From assembly GCA_964500465.1 (NCBI GenBank), contig CAZCNB010000001.1, positions 34,567 through 98,566 of the forward strand: a stretch of DNA of 64,000 nt, read 5' to 3'. The notes under the pieces were generated by a model that saw only the letters and a list, made by a program, of their open reading frames with translations, did not search any database and was not told where the DNA came from. Below are positions 59,395 to 64,000 of this stretch, in pieces. This DNA is from an uncultured Candidatus Saccharibacteria bacterium. GTDB lineage: Bacteria; Patescibacteriota; Minisyncoccia; Phycocordibacterales; UBA9973. Position 1 is the stretch's first letter. Each line of letters starts with the position of its first letter. The position numbers and the translations under genes were made by a program.

Positions 59395-60267
59395 ATGAAA
59401 GAAGAGTTAAAATTTGGACACCTTAGAAAAGACCTTGAAAGAAATAAGGCAATAGCTACTAAGCACATAGAGGAGGGTGTTACATATGATCAAATTTACG
59501 ATTCTACTTTACACAACATAGGGAGTAGCTTTTCAAAAGTACTACCAGAAAACTATATCACGCATGTAAATAATAATAATGCGGCTAAAATAGAAGATTT
59601 TGGAGAAGCATTTAAAAAATATATAGAAGATACCTTATCAAAAAAAGAAAGTGGTAATAGAACGGCAATAGAATTTGGTGGACCTGGTTCAAAATTATTT
59701 TCTGGATTTTCAAATAGTTTTTTTAGCAAAACAGTTGGAGTTTGTCTTGAAGATCTTCGTCCTGTATATAAAAAAATGAGCGATAGTGAACGAGGGCATT
59801 CTGTCGTAGTGGCTGATATATTAGAAACAAACGATAAAGAAAAATTTACTGAAATTGAAAATAGTTTAGGAAATAGAAAAGTTGATCTTATTGTGTCTCG
59901 ATTAATGGGTCCACTAAATAGTGAGAAAAAAATACAAGGAGCCATTATATTAAAAAGAAATCCAGCTGTTCTAGATAGGGTAATTAGAAAATGGTATAGC
60001 ATGTTAAACGATGGAGGATTACTATTTGCACAATTTGAATATTTTGATGAACACGACCCATATATTGAAAAGAAACGTGAATCAGAACTCAATCAACCTC
60101 CGATCATGGAAATTGAAGAAAATGTTAAAAATTGGGTAAATGAAATAAATAAAAAATTTTCAGACAAAATAGAAATTCAACTTGGAAGAGGTATTATTAG
60201 ATTACTTAAAAAACCTGGGGCACCAGAAGAACTACCAAAAATAACTGAACTATTTAAAGTCAAATAA
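59395..60267 (+). CDS. Putative class I SAM-dependent methyltransferase
   Basis: AIEFGGPGS (motif I-like), VGVCLED (post I), KVDLIVS (motif II), LNDGGLLF (motif III). Confidence 0.45.
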   Translation: MKEELKFGHLRKDLERNKAIATKHIEEGVTYDQIYDSTLHNIGSSFSKVLPENYITHVNNNNAAKIEDFGEAFKKYIEDTLSKKESGNRTAIEFGGPGSKLFSGFSNSFFSKTVGVCLEDLRPVYKKMSDSERGHSVVVADILETNDKEKFTEIENSLGNRKVDLIVSRLMGPLNSEKKIQGAIILKRNPAVLDRVIRKWYSMLNDGGLLFAQFEYFDEHDPYIEKKRESELNQPPIMEIEENVKNWVNEINKKFSDKIEIQLGRGIIRLLKKPGAPEELPKITELFKVK

Positions 60268-60328
60268 AAAAACCGATGCTTTGGAAAGCAGAGCGGTTAA
60301 AAAATTATTTAATATTTTCGGTTTAAAT

Positions 60329-61147
60329 TTAGAAAATTAGTCTATCACCAACTGATATCAGGCCAATTCCTTCATGATTAAAATTTCTCGCAAACACAAC
60401 TCCTTCTTTAGTCCTACGATACTTTGAAAGAGTAAGTAGAGGTTCTTTTCCTTGTTCAGCTGTTATCTGATTTGTGGTGGTGATAGGACACCTCACACAG
60501 AGGTTCATGCCAATAAATTTAACTCCACCTATACTGAAGTCTGGCATTGTATCCTCAAAATATGGATCACAACCGGTGATAACAATGTTTGGCCGAAACC
60601 TATTCATTGGCAATTTCTCTTCAAGCCGGCTATTCAAATCAGCGAGAGAGGAATCAGACACAATCAGAAAAGGGTAAGCATCTGCAAAGCCTAAGTTGGC
60701 ACTGCCAGCTCTGGCTATGCGATTTGCATCATTTGGAATTCTTACTAATCTGTATTTACCAGGTACTTCTCTGGAAAGGTATTCTGTAGCCCATAGAGCT
60801 GCTTGATTACCTTGATCAATTCCTTCTGTAAAAGAATCCCACACTCTAACCGTATGTATTATCACACCCCCATCATCAAGAGGTAATACTAATTCCGGCA
60901 TATCTGGGGCAGTTAAAATTAGACTTTCAGATGTAATTTTTGTACCTATTTTGCACATTATTTTCACACCTTTGGTTCCAACTTTTTTATCGCCCCTTTG
61001 AGCGATGAAAGATCCTTCTTCATTTATAAACATCCAGTTGCGATCGTATTTTAAGCCCATACGACCAACCATTGCTGTGTCCATTGATATACCTGCACAT
61101 GATTTCACAGGATAGAAGTTAATCTCAGATATTCTTATATTTTCCAT
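60329..61147 (-). CDS. MOSC domain protein (beta-barrel N-terminal + MOSC)
   Basis: YPVKSCAG, RFRPNIVI, conserved Cys in GMNLCVRCPITT. Confidence 0.8.
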   Translation of the reverse strand: MENIRISEINFYPVKSCAGISMDTAMVGRMGLKYDRNWMFINEEGSFIAQRGDKKVGTKGVKIMCKIGTKITSESLILTAPDMPELVLPLDDGGVIIHTVRVWDSFTEGIDQGNQAALWATEYLSREVPGKYRLVRIPNDANRIARAGSANLGFADAYPFLIVSDSSLADLNSRLEEKLPMNRFRPNIVITGCDPYFEDTMPDFSIGGVKFIGMNLCVRCPITTTNQITAEQGKEPLLTLSKYRRTKEGVVFARNFNHEGIGLISVGDRLIF

Positions 61148-61214
61148 GATAAGTATTTATTTGGTGAATTAATTTAAAGTGTCATTTAATTTCATACTAT
61201 AATTTACTCAGTAT

Positions 61215-61244
61215 TTGTCAATTTATATATTTAAAATTTGACAA
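61215..61244. repeat. Perfect inverted repeat TTGTCAAATTT-N8-AAATTTGACAA in divergent promoter region
   Basis: Read directly; arms contain TTGACA-like -35 hexamers on both strands. Confidence 0.5.
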
Positions 61245-61366
61245 AAAATATATTTTATTATATTGTAATTTAAAATCTGATATTTGATATTTAGTTTTAT
61301 GGTTCTTAAAGTAGATTATTTAGTCTGTTTTAAGAACTATAAAACTTAAACTACAAAAATCTGATT

Positions 61367-61801
61367 ATGAAAAAAGATGTAAAAAACTTCCTGCTGGGAA
61401 TAAACAATCAATTATCACAACTTGATCTGTCAAAACCACTGACACCTGCACAGGCGAAAGAAGAAGCCATGAGAATTGTTTCGACAATTCCAAACATGGT
61501 GAAAAATTATTTTTTAATGAGGGAACAGATCCAGGTTTCTCCATTTGAAATAACAGTTTATTCCTTATATCAAAAGGAACTGGCAATGAAGGAACCTTTC
61601 GGTGGAGAACCTAAAAATCATTACAAAACCTTTAAAAAGGGTACTGTAGGATATTATCTCTGCCAGTACCTCTATGTCCTGGGATTTTATTTCCGGGTAT
61701 GGTGCGGCAAAATCGATATTTTAATGACATTACTTGGTGGAAGCACCGAGGAAACATTAAACTTTCTTCAACCAATAACCGAAGTAAATATCATTGATTA
61801 A
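61367..61801 (+). CDS. Hypothetical protein
   Basis: ORF only. Confidence 0.3.
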   Translation: MKKDVKNFLLGINNQLSQLDLSKPLTPAQAKEEAMRIVSTIPNMVKNYFLMREQIQVSPFEITVYSLYQKELAMKEPFGGEPKNHYKTFKKGTVGYYLCQYLYVLGFYFRVWCGKIDILMTLLGGSTEETLNFLQPITEVNIID

Positions 61802-61821
61802 ACCATATAAACCAAGCTGTT

Positions 61822-62262
61822 ATGAAATATGTAAATTGGACACTTTGGGTATCATCTGCCACAATAATACTTATTTTCATTCACCAATTACTGACCAAAA
61901 ACGGAACAAAAAGGCACCGTACAATGGGCTACATTGGAATGGCAGTGGGTGTAATAATATTTATTGTTGTATCAATCAGAGGATTCGCAAACAAAGAAAC
62001 ATTTAACCTGGCTTACGCAGTACATCTGCTTTCGGGTTTTCCTTTCTTTTATTTAATATTCCGTACAGGCTACCTTGGACATAAGGCCAAATATGACTCC
62101 AGGTACGCAAAGCGGCATCGCCGGGTAGCAAAAATTACTGCTATATTACTGGCAATAACACTATTAGTGGGAACAGTGGCAACACTATCCCACAAAAAAA
62201 AGAGTGTAAAAACAGATCAGAACCCCTCTGCTATGCATTGGGGTCTTTTTTATTTTACTTAA
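61822..62262 (+). CDS. Hypothetical 4-TM membrane protein
   Basis: ORF; terminator hairpin cccc...gggg+T-tract overlaps 3' end. Confidence 0.35.
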   Translation: MKYVNWTLWVSSATIILIFIHQLLTKNGTKRHRTMGYIGMAVGVIIFIVVSIRGFANKETFNLAYAVHLLSGFPFFYLIFRTGYLGHKAKYDSRYAKRHRRVAKITAILLAITLLVGTVATLSHKKKSVKTDQNPSAMHWGLFYFT

Positions 62263-62285
62263 TCTAAATTTGCTAGAATAAAGCA

Positions 62286-63512
62286 ATGAGAGATAACGTC
62301 ACTCAAAATTTATTCCTTCACGCCGATGGAGATTCATTCTTCGTCGCTTGTGAATTAGTTGTAAACCCACAATATAAGGGTTTACCTGTAGTTGTTGGAG
62401 AAGACAGGGGAATAGCTGTAGCTATGAGTTACGAAGCAAAGAAACTCGGTGTAACTCGCGGTATGCCAGTATTTAAGATAAAGAAACAATTCCCACAAGT
62501 TATTATACTTCCGCATCATTTTGACCTATACAGAGAAATTTCAAGTAGTGTTTATGATATTCTTTCGTCCTACTTAGTTGAAGTTGAGCAATACAGTATC
62601 GACGAATGTTTTGCACTGGTAAAGCCTTCTGATATCACACACGCAGGTGGAGCTAATAAACTATTGAAGGATATTAAAAATGAGATTGAAAAGAAACTCG
62701 GAGTAACATTCTCTCTAGGACTTGCACGCACAAAAGCTTTGGCTAAAACTGCTTCGAAATTAGAGAAACCAAATGGCATTGTATTACTTATGAATAATAA
62801 TGACGAAGAGCAGGCTTTAAAAAAGACAGCTATTGAAGATGTTTGGGGTATTGGAAGACGTACCGTACCAAGATTACTTTCAATGGGAATAAAAACTGCA
62901 TATGATTTTGTGCATTACCCAAGTAGTACTATAGAGAAAAACTTTTTCGAACCATTAGTTTTACTACAACAAGAACTTGCAGGTATATCACACTATGACA
63001 TTGATTCGAATCCCGATCCGAGAGATCAGAAATCTATTCAATCAACTGCAACATTTAAACCATCGTCTTCTGATCCAAAGATAATATTTGCGGAACTTTC
63101 AGAAAATGTAGAGCACGCATGTGAACATGCTAGAGAACTTGATCTAATGACAAACTCTGTTTCTTTATTTATTAAAAATACTGAGTTTATACATAGGACA
63201 GGAGATACACATCTATCAGTTTATACATGCGATCCAAGTATAATACTAAACGCAATCGAACCTGTGTTTTACAAAATATTACGAAAAGGGGAAATGATTC
63301 GCTCAACTGGAATAACATTACAAAATTTACGTCGTAGTGAAGACGTACCTCAAGATTTATTTGGTGCACAAAAGAAATCAGAAGCAAAAGATGTAATTGA
63401 AAGAGTAGGGGATTTAATAAGAAAAAAATTTGGCCATAACGCACTTAAACGCGCATCCTCACTAAAGGGACAAGGGAGAAAAAGAGGGAATTCTTTTCCT
63501 GGGACAAGATAA
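62286..63512 (+). CDS. dinB: Y-family DNA polymerase IV
   Basis: LHADGDSFFVACE, VAMSYEAKKLGV, SIDECF catalytic motifs. Confidence 0.85.
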   Translation: MRDNVTQNLFLHADGDSFFVACELVVNPQYKGLPVVVGEDRGIAVAMSYEAKKLGVTRGMPVFKIKKQFPQVIILPHHFDLYREISSSVYDILSSYLVEVEQYSIDECFALVKPSDITHAGGANKLLKDIKNEIEKKLGVTFSLGLARTKALAKTASKLEKPNGIVLLMNNNDEEQALKKTAIEDVWGIGRRTVPRLLSMGIKTAYDFVHYPSSTIEKNFFEPLVLLQQELAGISHYDIDSNPDPRDQKSIQSTATFKPSSSDPKIIFAELSENVEHACEHARELDLMTNSVSLFIKNTEFIHRTGDTHLSVYTCDPSIILNAIEPVFYKILRKGEMIRSTGITLQNLRRSEDVPQDLFGAQKKSEAKDVIERVGDLIRKKFGHNALKRASSLKGQGRKRGNSFPGTR

Positions 63513-63567
63513 TAATTTGCCAAATGGCTTCCTTTTAAAAAAAATAATTCTATGACATAATAGTTTT

Positions 63568-64000
63568 ATGGAAGGAAATCCGTACGGTTTAGCAGTAAAA
63601 AAGAACCAAATCCCTAAAAAAGAAGAACTTCAGTTGCAACTTAAAGAAATTTTGTCCAAAAAGAAGTTTTTTGATATCCTTAACTCTCAAACTTCAGAAC
63701 TTACAGAAGCAGATTACGAAAAAGTTAAAAATATAAATGAATGGAGAAAAAAATCCAAAAATTCACCTGCAAGGGATTTTTATCGCCTTTTTGAAGAATT
63801 CACTTCGCTTAAATCTGAAAATTTATCGACAGCCAACGAAAAGCTCCTAACAAGCGAGCTTTCAAATTATTTATCAATAGGTGCAAGAAAACTTTCTCCT
63901 CGTAGTTATGACCTTTATCAAGCTATATTGGCCTCATTTGAAAATAAAGATTATAAACCTCACTTTGATATAACTTCAGAAAAAATTAAAGAGCTGGCAG
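63568..64000 (+). CDS. Hypothetical protein, 5' part (runs off window end)
   Basis: Open frame from ATG 63568 to window end. Confidence 0.3.
   Translation, partial: MEGNPYGLAVKKNQIPKKEELQLQLKEILSKKKFFDILNSQTSELTEADYEKVKNINEWRKKSKNSPARDFYRLFEEFTSLKSENLSTANEKLLTSELSNYLSIGARKLSPRSYDLYQAILASFENKDYKPHFDITSEKIKELA

Overview
This reads as a 64 kb stretch of a low-GC (~32%), small-genome bacterium with little or no Shine-Dalgarno usage. It is packed mostly with housekeeping genes, and the gene content is reminiscent of CPR/Patescibacteria-like lineages, though that placement is an inference. Housekeeping content includes dnaK(partial)-dnaJ, several aminoacyl-tRNA synthetases (cysS, trpS, a short archaeal-type aspS, gltX), gatB, rplU/rplY/rpmE, recR-dnaB, scpAB-mraY-ftsW-murG, a central-carbon block (gap, rpiB, rpe, split transketolase, fba, PfkB kinase) and a complete F1Fo ATP synthase operon (atpI-like,B,E,F,H,A,G,D,C). 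Two tRNAs (Leu-UAA, Ile-GAU) and a tRNA-like fragment are present. The most interesting non-housekeeping content is listed below. (1) A polyamine cluster of arginine decarboxylase, a deoxyhypusine-synthase-like (homospermidine-synthase-like) enzyme and agmatinase. (2) A T-box leader (GGGTGGCACCGCG) upstream of aspS. (3) A textbook SOS promoter (TTGACT-N17-TATACT with a GAAC-N4-GTTC LexA box in the spacer) driving a 68-aa protein, lexA and a compact operon of thiol/redox membrane genes (MGMT-domain protein, extracytoplasmic cytochrome b5-like protein, DoxX, VKOR, rhodanese, several DUFs). (4) A ~500 bp intergenic region holding a highly basic 35-aa micro-ORF embedded in a multi-helix RNA structure with an intrinsic terminator, plus a second basic 47-aa ORF. 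(5) A higher-GC island (~57.0-61.8 kb) with a stand-alone PurH IMP-cyclohydrolase domain, a MOSC protein and an ornithine cyclodeaminase preceded by a proline-codon leader peptide and an attenuator-like trio of mutually exclusive hairpins. (6) A CorA-family channel whose GMN signature is replaced by NSN. No CRISPR array, transposase or integrase was seen.
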